Virus record (IMG/VR): IMGVR_UViG_3300050343_000199
Coordinates: 64,001-128,000 of that record
Length of the DNA stretch: 64,000 bases
Source of the DNA: a virus
Direction: 5' to 3' (one strand)
This document shows positions 9,693 to 17,041 of the stretch, piece after piece (within the stretch, counting starts at the first letter, position 1; the number at the start of each line of letters is the position of its first letter). The position numbers and the translations under genes are program-made. The notes beneath the pieces are model-generated. The model was not told where the DNA came from and searched no databases. It saw only the letters and a list, made by a program, of their open reading frames with translations.

Positions 9693-9750
9693 ACAATACA
9701 CGATCTGAGGTGCTGTGCCTGTTTTGTGTGCCACTTAGTCAATTGGTCGG
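9693..9750 (-). promoter_or_regulatory. Early promoter with palindromic box
   Basis: TATTGT at 9693-9698. tgtgcca-N10-tggtcgg at 9727-9750. Confidence 0.7.
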
Positions 9751-9773
9751 GTCAGCTGACTAGTTTGTGTTAC

Positions 9774-9917
9774 TTAGTTAAACTTGGCAGTAACACTAAC
9801 TACCTTAGCGTTAGGGTTACGTGCGATGGCAACTTGCTTCGCTTCTTGATAGTCACGGGCAACAACTTGTTCTTTAAATACAGTGCCTGCAACGAATAGT
9901 GTTACTTCGTGTTTCAT
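9774..9917 (-). CDS. Small conserved cyanophage protein (47 aa)
   Basis: Read manually: MKHEVTLFVAGTVFKEQVVARDYQEAKQVAIARNPNAKVVSVTAKFN*. ATG overlaps the upstream TAA. Confidence 0.75.
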   Translation of the reverse strand: MKHEVTLFVAGTVFKEQVVARDYQEAKQVAIARNPNAKVVSVTAKFN

Positions 9918-10057
9918 TAGTTGTTGATGTCGGTGAGGTCAACTCCTAGTTCTCCGTTCTCATCTTCAACGAGAACAGTTTCTATGTTTGGCACGTCAAA
10001 GATTTCACCTTGCATGTCTTGAATTTCGTCAAACATTGAATCAATTCGTGTTAACAT
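9917..10057 (-). CDS. Small acidic early protein
   Basis: Start after -10 CATACT (10062-10067). MLTRIDSMFDEIQDMQGEIFDVP. Confidence 0.6.
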   Translation of the reverse strand: MLTRIDSMFDEIQDMQGEIFDVPNIETVLVEDENGELGVDLTDINN

Positions 10058-10061
10058 ACGT

Positions 10062-10121
10062 AGTATGACAGATGATTGATTGAAAATCAAGTGGTGCTGT
10101 GCCAGTTTACCTAGTGTCACA
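10062..10121 (-). promoter_or_regulatory. Early promoter with palindromic box
   Basis: CATACT. tgtgcca-N10-tgtcaca at 10098-10121. Confidence 0.75.
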
Positions 10122-10137
10122 ATTGATCTCCAATATA

Positions 10138-10254
10138 CTATGATTGTGTTGTATAATCAATGTCTGCATCAAACATACAACTATCATCGTAGTTTGTGTC
10201 ACTATCTTCCTCTAACTGATCGTTGAGTTCTTGATACATTTCTTCTACAGTCAT
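10138..10254 (-). CDS. Small acidic peptide (38 aa)
   Basis: Read manually: MTVEEMYQELNDQLEEDSDTNYDDSCMFDADIDYTTQS*. Confidence 0.5.
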   Translation of the reverse strand: MTVEEMYQELNDQLEEDSDTNYDDSCMFDADIDYTTQS

Positions 10255-10407
10255 AGTAACACTTACTATAGTATGGTAATAGTTATACTAGTTTAATAGA
10301 TTTTATTACCTTTTTACCGACAATCCATAAAAACCATGGGAATAGTTCATCATTACAACTAGTCGGTATTAGTGGCATTTAATTAAATTGTTAAAAGTAC
10401 AAAATAC

Positions 10408-10449
10408 GAAAAACCTCGGAAACCGCAAAAGTTGCAATTCCCGAGTTTT
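10408..10449 (-). terminator. Intrinsic terminator
   Basis: CTCGGGAATTGCA-ACTTT-TGCGGTTTCCGAG stem (pairs on the minus strand with G-U wobbles) followed by GTTTTT, just after the stop at 10455. Confidence 0.7.
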
Positions 10450-10454
10450 GTTAA

Positions 10455-10781
10455 TTATGCAAATTCAACAAACTCGTAACCGTTGGAGAAGTCGTGAGTT
10501 ACCTTATTGTCCCTGATGTACCATGCAAAGTCCTTCTGAAATACACCGTCAGTGTATGCGTTGCAGAACTCGTTGATGATAGCGTTGAGACGTGATTTGG
10601 TGGTATTAGACTGCCATCCACCGTCAAAGATACGCACGAATGCTTCACCTACCTCAGCAATCTTGTTACCATGCAAACGTACCGTAGACACACCGTCCTC
10701 AGTCACGACACTGGTATTAGCACGAGACCAATTAGAGTTGTTCTTGATAGCAGTGTTCATCAAGGATTCAATCTTACGCAT
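10455..10781 (-). CDS. Conserved early cyanophage protein
   Basis: MRKIESLMNTAI...VRLHGNKIAEV...TTKSRLNAII pattern. Confidence 0.8.
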   Translation of the reverse strand: MRKIESLMNTAIKNNSNWSRANTSVVTEDGVSTVRLHGNKIAEVGEAFVRIFDGGWQSNTTKSRLNAIINEFCNAYTDGVFQKDFAWYIRDNKVTHDFSNGYEFVEFA

Positions 10782-10822
10782 GTGATGTTAGTTAGTGTGG
10801 TGAGTATGAAAGAAAGAGGAGA

Positions 10823-10981
10823 TCAACCGTTGGCAAACTCTAGGATGCTGCTGATCTGCTCAATAACTTTATCCGACAACTCAAGACCCTGTGACTCAAT
10901 GAAGTCGCAGCACATCTCAAGATCGGGTGACATTTCGTTGATGAATGCGTTGAGTGATGCAGCGTGAGCGAGAGTGAACAT
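10823..10981 (-). CDS. Small early hypothetical protein
   Basis: Likely start MFTLAH at 10981, behind promoter TTGCAT-17-CATACT. Confidence 0.6.
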   Translation of the reverse strand: MFTLAHAASLNAFINEMSPDLEMCCDFIESQGLELSDKVIEQISSILEFANG

Positions 10982-11005
10982 GCTTGATTTGTTTGGTACT
11001 TTCAT

Positions 11006-11064
11006 AGTATGGCAGAGATGGGGTTGAAATGCAACCCCTAGTGGACGGTTCGTCAGGCGGCACG
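11006..11064 (-). promoter_or_regulatory. Early promoter with palindromic box
   Basis: TTGCAT-17-CATACT. gtggacg-N10-cggcacg at 11041-11064, 29 nt spacing. Confidence 0.7.
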
Positions 11065-11304
11065 TAGTTCGCCTTTGACTACCACGTCTGCTGGCACCCG
11101 TGATACAGTGTAACGACGGATTTGCTGGGAGAATGGACGCCATGCCTCTACGGTCTCCATCACAATGCGATCATGCTGACGATCCATGCCCTTGTGAGTC
11201 GTACACTTGCCACACTTGCGAAAATAGATGATCGGATGCTGTGGGGACTCATGCGTATCAATCTCAATCTTATAGAATGAGTGCTTGACGACTTGGACTG
11301 TCAA
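11053..11304 (-). CDS. Conserved early cyanophage protein
   Basis: 83 aa. VVKHSFYKIEI...IIYFRKCGKCTTHKGMDRQHDR. Confidence 0.75.
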   Translation of the reverse strand: MTVQVVKHSFYKIEIDTHESPQHPIIYFRKCGKCTTHKGMDRQHDRIVMETVEAWRPFSQQIRRYTVSRVPADVVVKGELRAA

Positions 11305-11329
11305 TTGCTGATTTCCTGACGACTCCTAT

Positions 11330-11387
11330 ACAATACACGATTTTGAGTCCTGTGCCGTCCTACTGTGCCACTTTAATAACTGTCATC
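11330..11387 (-). promoter_or_regulatory. Early promoter with palindromic box
   Basis: TATTGT at 11330-11335. tgtgcca-N10-tgtcatc at 11364-11387. Confidence 0.7.
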
Positions 11388-11531
11388 ATAGTCATTGATT
11401 TCGCGTTTGAACTTTGCTACCTTCTTTTTAGCGGATCGTTTCACATTCTTGACATTGTATCCGAAGTCTTCAAACTCATCTCGCAATTCATCGCGATAAT
11501 CAGTATTACCGCGATAGTTCTTCTTACTCAT
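11373..11531 (-). CDS. Small charged protein (52 aa)
   Basis: Read manually: MSKKNYRGNTDYRDELRDEFEDFGYNVKNVKRSAKKKVAKFKREINDYDDSY*. Confidence 0.7.
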   Translation of the reverse strand: MSKKNYRGNTDYRDELRDEFEDFGYNVKNVKRSAKKKVAKFKREINDYDDSY

Positions 11532-11571
11532 CGTTCTAATTTAATCTTACTGAATAACAGTGGGTGAGTGA

Positions 11572-11808
11572 TTATTTAGATGGTACAATCAATCCTTCCT
11601 TTACACTGGAAGAGATGAATCTACCGACTGATTCTTTGTTTGTTAGTGTATTTGACAGTTTAGTATTGAATTCATCTGTATTATCACAGTTGAATGTATA
11701 TTCTTTGTCAGTATTACTATTATACACGATTTTAACTAGTTTTTCATCAATTTTAACACTACTTACCGCAGTTGATGCTAGTTCTGTGTAGATTTGCACG
11801 AGTTCCAT
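11572..11808 (-). CDS. KTSC-like domain protein
   Basis: STAVSSVKID...VKIVYNSN..KEYTF...ESVGRFIS. Confidence 0.6.
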   Translation of the reverse strand: MELVQIYTELASTAVSSVKIDEKLVKIVYNSNTDKEYTFNCDNTDEFNTKLSNTLTNKESVGRFISSSVKEGLIVPSK

Positions 11809-11824
11809 TAAAGATTAACGTTTA

Positions 11825-11915
11825 ATAATTGGAAAAACACAAAAAACTGAGAAAATAGAAACTTTGAAAAACTCAAAAATCTCAAAAACTCAGTTTTCTC
11901 TGTTTCTCCAATTAT
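11825..11915 (-). repeat. Long imperfect inverted repeat (27-bp arms, 37-nt loop)
   Basis: ATAATTGGAGAAACAGAGAAAACTGAG / CTCAGTTTTTTGTGTTTTTCCAATTAT: 24 WC pairs, 2 G-T, 1 mismatch. Confidence 0.8.
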
Positions 11916-11972
11916 TATAAGGCACCTAGGAGGGATTCTGAGGGTTTCTGTGCCACTTTGAGGTCTGGCACA
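11914..11972 (-). promoter_or_regulatory. Early promoter with the best-conserved palindromic box
   Basis: TATAAT at 11914-11919. TGTGCCA-ctttgaggtc-TGGCACA at 11949-11972. Confidence 0.8.
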
Positions 11973-12113
11973 TGTTTGCTGGACTTTCGGTAGGTAGCGT
12001 GCTAAGCCAGCGTCTACAGAGTACCTTCACAGCATCTTGACAGTAACTACCGAGCACCTACACTATATTAATTTAATGATTAATAAAGAGTTGGGTAGTA
12101 TCCATGAGTATCT

Positions 12114-12631
12114 TTAAGATCCCTGTTGTGGAGGGGTGCGGAGAGCATGATCAGACCATGGTTCAGATAGTCTAGGCATAATATCAGGTTGAAAGAATTC
12201 ACACCATCCTGTTACAATGTATTTGTGTCCTATGTTAGGTGTAACACCTTTATGTGGGTGTGTCCAAGATGCTGGCCATATGAGGAACCTTGTTCACAAT
12301 GTGGTGTAAAGTATCCTTGCTGATCAGTATAGTGTTGTATGTTGTAATCAGATGTTATTTGCCAGAGACCACAGTAATTAAGGAATTGGTATTCATCTTT
12401 AATTTGTTGTATTAATGTTTTAACTGCTGGTAGTATGAGTTTATTGTATGATTGATCTAATGGATCTAAGAGATTACAGTATAGATCTGTTGATATCTTA
12501 TCATATTGTGATTCAAGATTACCATCTACAGTTTCACCTGGTTTCTTTCTATTATCTTGTTTAAAATGATCAATTAATTGTGTGCAATCATCTTGTGATA
12601 GTAAGTCTTGACAAATAGTAATGAACGTCAT
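12114..12631 (-). pseudogene. 2OG-Fe(II) oxygenase with an out-of-frame internal deletion
   Basis: The N-part ends ...HYTDQQGYFTPHCEQG. The C-part (RFLIWPASWTHPHKGVTPNIGHKYIVTGW) continues in another frame from about 12290 to the stop at 12114. The core strands present in paralog 41107-41718 are missing. Confidence 0.75.
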
Positions 12632-12858
12632 TTAAATCCTTTAGATGACGGGATATCTATCACTTCAACATGAGATAAGAATTGCTTAGGAGTTTGAAAC
12701 CATTTAAGGTAAAGGTCTTGCCAATCAGTGTATTTGTGTTGTGTATTATCCTTGTAATGTAGGATGTAATGATGTCTATCGTATGGTTCTGTTGATGTAT
12801 GGGTAAAGTATTGTGGATCAGAGGGTTGGATCAATTGTGTCATCGTATTTGGTTGCAC
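12628..12858 (-). CDS. Conserved cyanophage hypothetical protein
   Basis: QYFTHTSTEPYDRHHY...FLSHVEVID...KGF. Confidence 0.7.
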   Translation of the reverse strand: MQPNTMTQLIQPSDPQYFTHTSTEPYDRHHYILHYKDNTQHKYTDWQDLYLKWFQTPKQFLSHVEVIDIPSSKGFK

Positions 12859-13057
12859 GTTTACCTAGGTATTGTACTTCATCATAGAATCTATTGTATA
12901 CTAATAGAAGTATATGATGTTTTTTATGTGGAGAACCTTGATTATCTTTCTTTGGTCGGATGCCAAGTTCTAATGTAAAGTATTCAGGGCAGATGAAGTA
13001 TACCCAACCTTCATGATCTTTCCATCTTATTCTATCATTAATTGTTGGTTGATACAT
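12818..13057 (-). CDS. Conserved cyanophage hypothetical protein
   Basis: MYQPTINDRIRWKDHEGWVYF...TLELGIRPK. Confidence 0.7.
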   Translation of the reverse strand: MYQPTINDRIRWKDHEGWVYFICPEYFTLELGIRPKKDNQGSPHKKHHILLLVYNRFYDEVQYLGKRATKYDDTIDPTL

Positions 13058-13063
13058 TACTTT

Positions 13064-13651
13064 TTACCAATGTTCAGGATTACTAAATGGATTAATCATA
13101 CCTTTATTCGGTATTAATGGGGGTTGTTTGATGTAATTAAAGTTAATCACAACACGACGATCTGTTGTAGTAAATGGTGTAGATGAATGTTCGTATGATG
13201 ATGGAAATTCAACCAATCTATTTGCGACTGTCTCCACCTCTAGTTCTTCATTATCAGGATCATTGAATATTGTACAACCATCACTATCATGTACATAGAA
13301 TATTGCAGTAGTACAATCAAATGTCGTATCAGTATGATATGCACGACGTTGTTGTGTACTAGTATACCAACTCAGATTAGCACGACAACGAATCATTGCA
13401 GCAATAGGTATTTGATTGATGATAGGGCGTATGTAATTATATCCTAGATTTAACATTGGTACATCAGGATATAGTTCTGGTCCTTTAGTATCAGACCAAA
13501 AGATATGCTGCATCAATGGATAGTTACCAGGTTGATTACTACCACATGTATACCATGCCATACGATTACTCATGATATACTCTTGCAATCGTTCAAACTG
13601 CTCCTGTGATAAGAAGTTATCAGTGATTACAATCTTACTTTCATCAATCAT
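13064..13651 (-). CDS. 2OG-Fe(II) oxygenase
   Basis: IRCRANL, YHTDT...TTAIFYV, NRLVEFPSSYEHSS, RRVVINFNY. Confidence 0.85.
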   Translation of the reverse strand: MIDESKIVITDNFLSQEQFERLQEYIMSNRMAWYTCGSNQPGNYPLMQHIFWSDTKGPELYPDVPMLNLGYNYIRPIINQIPIAAMIRCRANLSWYTSTQQRRAYHTDTTFDCTTAIFYVHDSDGCTIFNDPDNEELEVETVANRLVEFPSSYEHSSTPFTTTDRRVVINFNYIKQPPLIPNKGMINPFSNPEHW

Positions 13652-14214
13652 TTTTCAAAACCCTCGTAGTATCCATCCATATGTACTGTCATACCTGGAG
13701 GTGTAAGATAGAAATTACCTGCTAATATTAGTCTATCATCTACTGGACATTTGTCAACACCATGTATCACACCCATTGGTAATATAACTACGAGTCCTTC
13801 TTCTACTGGTATTTCTGTATTAGATGATGGGAGAAGGAGAGGTGAAGAGTTAGGTGGTGTTCTCACATAGTATACAAAAGAGTATTGTGTTGGGATGTGA
13901 TGATGTGGTACTGAGAAATCATCTTTTGAATACTTAGCAAACCATGTTGAGACAATAGTAAATGTATGATCTAATGTGTAATGTATGTTTTTAGAAGTAG
14001 TATGTACTACCCAATCAACAATGGTATCAATAGCAGGAGATTCTACCCACCATTCAGACATATGTTTAACACGTACTGTTGACACATTAGTTTTTTTCCA
14101 TCCAAGTGTATGTGCATCAGTATACAATTGTTTATTGATGGAAAGATCAGGGTATACAGCAGTGATTACATTGATATTTTCTTTATGTGGTATGATCATC
14201 GTCTGTAATGCCAA
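13648..14214 (-). CDS. 2OG-Fe(II) oxygenase (TIGR02466-like)
   Basis: WFAKY...PHHHIPTQYSFVYYV...IHGV...RLILAGN. Confidence 0.85.
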   Translation of the reverse strand: MALQTMIIPHKENINVITAVYPDLSINKQLYTDAHTLGWKKTNVSTVRVKHMSEWWVESPAIDTIVDWVVHTTSKNIHYTLDHTFTIVSTWFAKYSKDDFSVPHHHIPTQYSFVYYVRTPPNSSPLLLPSSNTEIPVEEGLVVILPMGVIHGVDKCPVDDRLILAGNFYLTPPGMTVHMDGYYEGFEK

Positions 14215-14783
14215 TTGTAAGAGAAAGTCACCCGAGGACCAAAGATTTTAGGTGCATGATATACTCCTCTTGGAATATAGATGGCATCACCTGGATGAAG
14301 TTGATGAATTGTATCATCTTCAAACTCATATTGAATCATACCCATACATTGTATGATGAAAAGAGAATGAGGATCACGATGAGATTTAAAGACATATGAT
14401 TCAGCAATGACATTACTGTAAATGTGTAAGTTTTCAAGTTTTAAATCAAATGCTTCTTGACATATGTTAACAGTGTTAGGATCAAGAAAGTCTTGAGTAT
14501 GTGTAACGATAGTTGGTAGAATAACCTGTCTATCACCACGTATTGCTAAATCAGGGTAATCAGTTTCACCTTCATAATCAATTTGATTTTCATGTACAAG
14601 TGTATCTGGTGGTATGAGACATCTTAAGTAATCATGATTACGTTCTTGTTGCCAGAGGGGGACAATATTATCCCAAGTAATTGTTGCATGTTGAGGAAAA
14701 CGACCGCGAAAGACTTTAACTTCATCACCCCATTCAATGGTAGGATCATAGGTTGTGGGAGTAATTTCAAATTCTGCTTTCAT
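14196..14783 (-). CDS. JmjC/cupin-like Fe(II) dioxygenase
   Basis: SHRDPHSLFIIQCMG...LHPGDAIYIPRGVYH...RVTFS. Confidence 0.8.
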   Translation of the reverse strand: MKAEFEITPTTYDPTIEWGDEVKVFRGRFPQHATITWDNIVPLWQQERNHDYLRCLIPPDTLVHENQIDYEGETDYPDLAIRGDRQVILPTIVTHTQDFLDPNTVNICQEAFDLKLENLHIYSNVIAESYVFKSHRDPHSLFIIQCMGMIQYEFEDDTIHQLHPGDAIYIPRGVYHAPKIFGPRVTFSYNWHYRR

Positions 14784-15307
14784 TTGATATTACCTGCGAG
14801 AACAACTCTATTTGTACATTGATTGATTGGTACATAATGTTCTACATTACCAGGGAAGATGACCACTTTACCTGGAGTGGGAGTGATTTCTTTATTAGAT
14901 GTAGGGAAATATAATGATGATGATCCTTCAGGTGAATGAATAAAGTAAACAAAAGAAAATGGTACAAACTTATGATCATGACATCGTGTACTATCACCAT
15001 CATTATACTTTGCAAACCATGCTTCATACAACTGATATAGATCTACAGGTAAATCCTGATGAGTGTTGTGTAGTAATGAGATGATCCATTCATAGATCGT
15101 GTTAACATTATCTGATTTCATTGTCCAATCAGACATCATAGCACCAACATTTGTCTTATAAGACATAGGCCAATCAATGTCTTCTAATTCCTGCATGAAT
15201 CTATCATTAATAGACAGATCATGATAGGTATCAGTGATGATTTGATGTCGTTCACGGATAAAGAATCTATTCATTTGTTTGTGCTTTTGATTTCGTATGA
15301 TCATCAC
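14780..15307 (-). CDS. 2OG-Fe(II) oxygenase (TIGR02466-like)
   Basis: WFAKY...CHDHKFVPFSFVYFI...VIFPGNVEHYV...RVVLAGN. Confidence 0.85.
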   Translation of the reverse strand: MMIIRNQKHKQMNRFFIRERHQIITDTYHDLSINDRFMQELEDIDWPMSYKTNVGAMMSDWTMKSDNVNTIYEWIISLLHNTHQDLPVDLYQLYEAWFAKYNDGDSTRCHDHKFVPFSFVYFIHSPEGSSSLYFPTSNKEITPTPGKVVIFPGNVEHYVPINQCTNRVVLAGNIK

Positions 15308-15503
15308 GAGACCTATTTTTAATTACAATGAATGCATCCTTATTATACTTACGATGACCTTTAGGTGATGCCCATTTCTTATTATATCCTTCTGGTTGTT
15401 CAATACCAGAAACTACAGTACCACCAACCTCAAGTACAATATCATCATGTGTGACATCCCAACCAAGAGTATGCATCATATGCCATAGTTCATCTTGAGT
15501 CAT
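15267..15503 (-). CDS. Conserved cyanophage hypothetical protein
   Basis: LGWDVTHDDIVLEVGGTVVSGI...NKKWASPKGHRKYNKDAFIVIKN. Confidence 0.75.
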   Translation of the reverse strand: MTQDELWHMMHTLGWDVTHDDIVLEVGGTVVSGIEQPEGYNKKWASPKGHRKYNKDAFIVIKNRSRDDHTKSKAQTNE

Positions 15504-15643
15504 TTGCCAACTCCATAATCAGGTGCTTGTTCTTCTAGTTTACGAATGCCATCATGTAATTTCTTCAATGCAGCACGAGTTTCAGGAGTTTCTTCATACT
15601 CCCAGATATCACCTTTCTTATTCACCATTTTCTTCTTAGTCAT
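15500..15643 (-). CDS. Small hypothetical protein (47 aa)
   Basis: Read manually: MTKKKMVNKKGDIWEYEETPETRAALKKLHDGIRKLEEQAPDYGVGK*. Coupled at both ends. Confidence 0.65.
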   Translation of the reverse strand: MTKKKMVNKKGDIWEYEETPETRAALKKLHDGIRKLEEQAPDYGVGK

Positions 15644-15798
15644 TAGTACTGTTCTCCATCTTTTGCTTTAGGGAAAGAATGCACAATCTCAACGATGGTT
15701 TGAACCATCTCACCTTGTGTTGCAGCAGGCATTGCAGTCACGTACAATAACCCGATGCCACATAATGTAGTTGTCAATAACCAAAAACGGTTGCTCAT
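15643..15798 (-). CDS. Small membrane/secreted protein (51 aa)
   Basis: MSNRFWLLTTTLCGIGLLYVTAMPAATQG...; first gene after an early promoter. Confidence 0.6.
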   Translation of the reverse strand: MSNRFWLLTTTLCGIGLLYVTAMPAATQGEMVQTIVEIVHSFPKAKDGEQY

Positions 15799-15820
15799 GA
15801 TATAGGTTGGTTACTCTGTT

Positions 15821-15878
15821 ATTATAACACAGATCACCAGTGCTCAGGGTTGCTTGTGCCAGTTGTAATAGTGGTCAT
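15821..15878 (-). promoter_or_regulatory. Early promoter with palindromic box
   Basis: TATAAT at 15821-15826. tgtgcca-N10-tggtcat at 15855-15878. Confidence 0.75.
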
Positions 15879-16241
15879 CTATTGGTTGTGGTTGTAGCAT
15901 AAGCACTTATAATCTTTAATTGGATAGAGGTTATACCTCGTGACATATTTAATCACATGATCTTCACATTGAAACCAGCACTTCTTATTGTCTTCCTTAC
16001 GATTTTCTAGAAACCATGGGAACATATCCACGTAAGGAAATAGATTTAACTTACGTGAATTCTGATACCTAAACTCTGTTGCTGGTGTACTCTTGCCCTT
16101 CGCTTTCGCTGTTGTACCAGAAGTCTTGGTAGTCTTCTTGCGTGGCGTCACTGATGTTAACGCTTTGATATTCTCCTCTAGTTTTCTTTGAGTAGTTCGT
16201 GAGGATGATTTGTTCGTTGACGACTGTCCAACAGATTTCAT
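15879..16241 (-). CDS. Conserved cyanophage protein with basic N-terminal tail
   Basis: C-terminal FPWFLENRKEDNKKCWFQCEDHVIKYVTRYNL looks like a real domain. Start is uncertain (MKSVG at 16241 chosen). Confidence 0.6.
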   Translation of the reverse strand: MKSVGQSSTNKSSSRTTQRKLEENIKALTSVTPRKKTTKTSGTTAKAKGKSTPATEFRYQNSRKLNLFPYVDMFPWFLENRKEDNKKCWFQCEDHVIKYVTRYNLYPIKDYKCLCYNHNQ

Positions 16242-16353
16242 CTCCTTCTTGCCAGTTGAGTTCGTTGGTGATTTCTTCTGGGATTTCAATGTAGTAGTCC
16301 TCTGTGTCTTTGTACTGTTGTACTTTAGTGATGTACTTATTTGATGAATCCAT
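16069..16353 (-). CDS. AbrB/MazE/SpoVT-type DNA-binding protein
   Basis: YYIEIPEEITNELNWQEGDEICWTVVNEQIIL swapped-hairpin signature. Confidence 0.75.
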   Translation of the reverse strand: MDSSNKYITKVQQYKDTEDYYIEIPEEITNELNWQEGDEICWTVVNEQIILTNYSKKTRGEYQSVNISDATQEDYQDFWYNSESEGQEYTSNRV

Positions 16354-17041
16354 TGTTCTCTAACCATTCACGTGTCATAGGAGTTGGTTCATAATCTGAC
16401 CACATTGTTCCTGCTGCACAACTTTCAAGAGCACTCAATGTCATTCCTTCTGTCTTACCCGCCCATGTTGCTTCTTTCTCCCACGGAATTGCACCTGGTT
16501 GCAATACATATGAACGCTTCGCCATCTCTTGCCACAACATTGGTACGCTATCTTCAGGCATAATGATAGCAATCATACTATTATCAATCGTACCTGCCAT
16601 ACAATCCTGCGCTGCATGCCATCCTTCATGACGCATAACACTCATGAGTGTATTAGGACGACCCATAAATGCTTTGTTCAAGAAGAAGTTATTACTCACA
16701 GTATGATAGACACCACGATGTCCTACAGGGAAATACTTCTCATCCGCAAGATATACTCTGACACCGATTTGATTCAATGCTACAAGCATATGATTGAATT
16801 CATTGGCAACAGGATAGAAAGAATCTGTGTTGTCATACTGAGAGGAAACATCCAACAGAGAGAACACTTCAGTTACATCATCAGTACACTCCTGAAGAAG
16901 CATACATCCCATGGAATGGTTGGAATAGTAATCATCATCTGTAAGAGGATCTGCAATTGCAGGAGTGCCTACATTGGCAGCAAGTGCTACTACAGTACCA
17001 ACAACAGCATTAATCAGTTTAGTTTGAAAGGGCATAACCAT
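16337..17041 (-). CDS. Putative exported HEXXH zinc metallopeptidase
   Basis: N-terminal signal-like stretch. VMRHEGWHAAQDC followed by a downstream WEKEA. Confidence 0.6.
   Translation of the reverse strand: MVMPFQTKLINAVVGTVVALAANVGTPAIADPLTDDDYYSNHSMGCMLLQECTDDVTEVFSLLDVSSQYDNTDSFYPVANEFNHMLVALNQIGVRVYLADEKYFPVGHRGVYHTVSNNFFLNKAFMGRPNTLMSVMRHEGWHAAQDCMAGTIDNSMIAIIMPEDSVPMLWQEMAKRSYVLQPGAIPWEKEATWAGKTEGMTLSALESCAAGTMWSDYEPTPMTREWLENNGFIK

Noticed and set aside
8897-9899. Long plus-strand ORFs (158 aa and 233 aa)
   Set aside because: Antisense to a run of promoter-driven minus-strand genes. Long shadows are expected in this GC-richer block. The same applies to most other plus-strand ORFs before 59 kb.
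10315-10368. Hammerhead ribozyme
   Set aside because: It has ATGATGA but lacks the CTGATGA/GAAA catalytic core and the cleavage triplet geometry.
11949-11972. Palindromic box as a CRP or NtcA site
   Set aside because: CRP is TGTGA-N6-TCACA and NtcA is GTA-N8-TAC. The spacing and half-sites here (7-N10-7) match neither.
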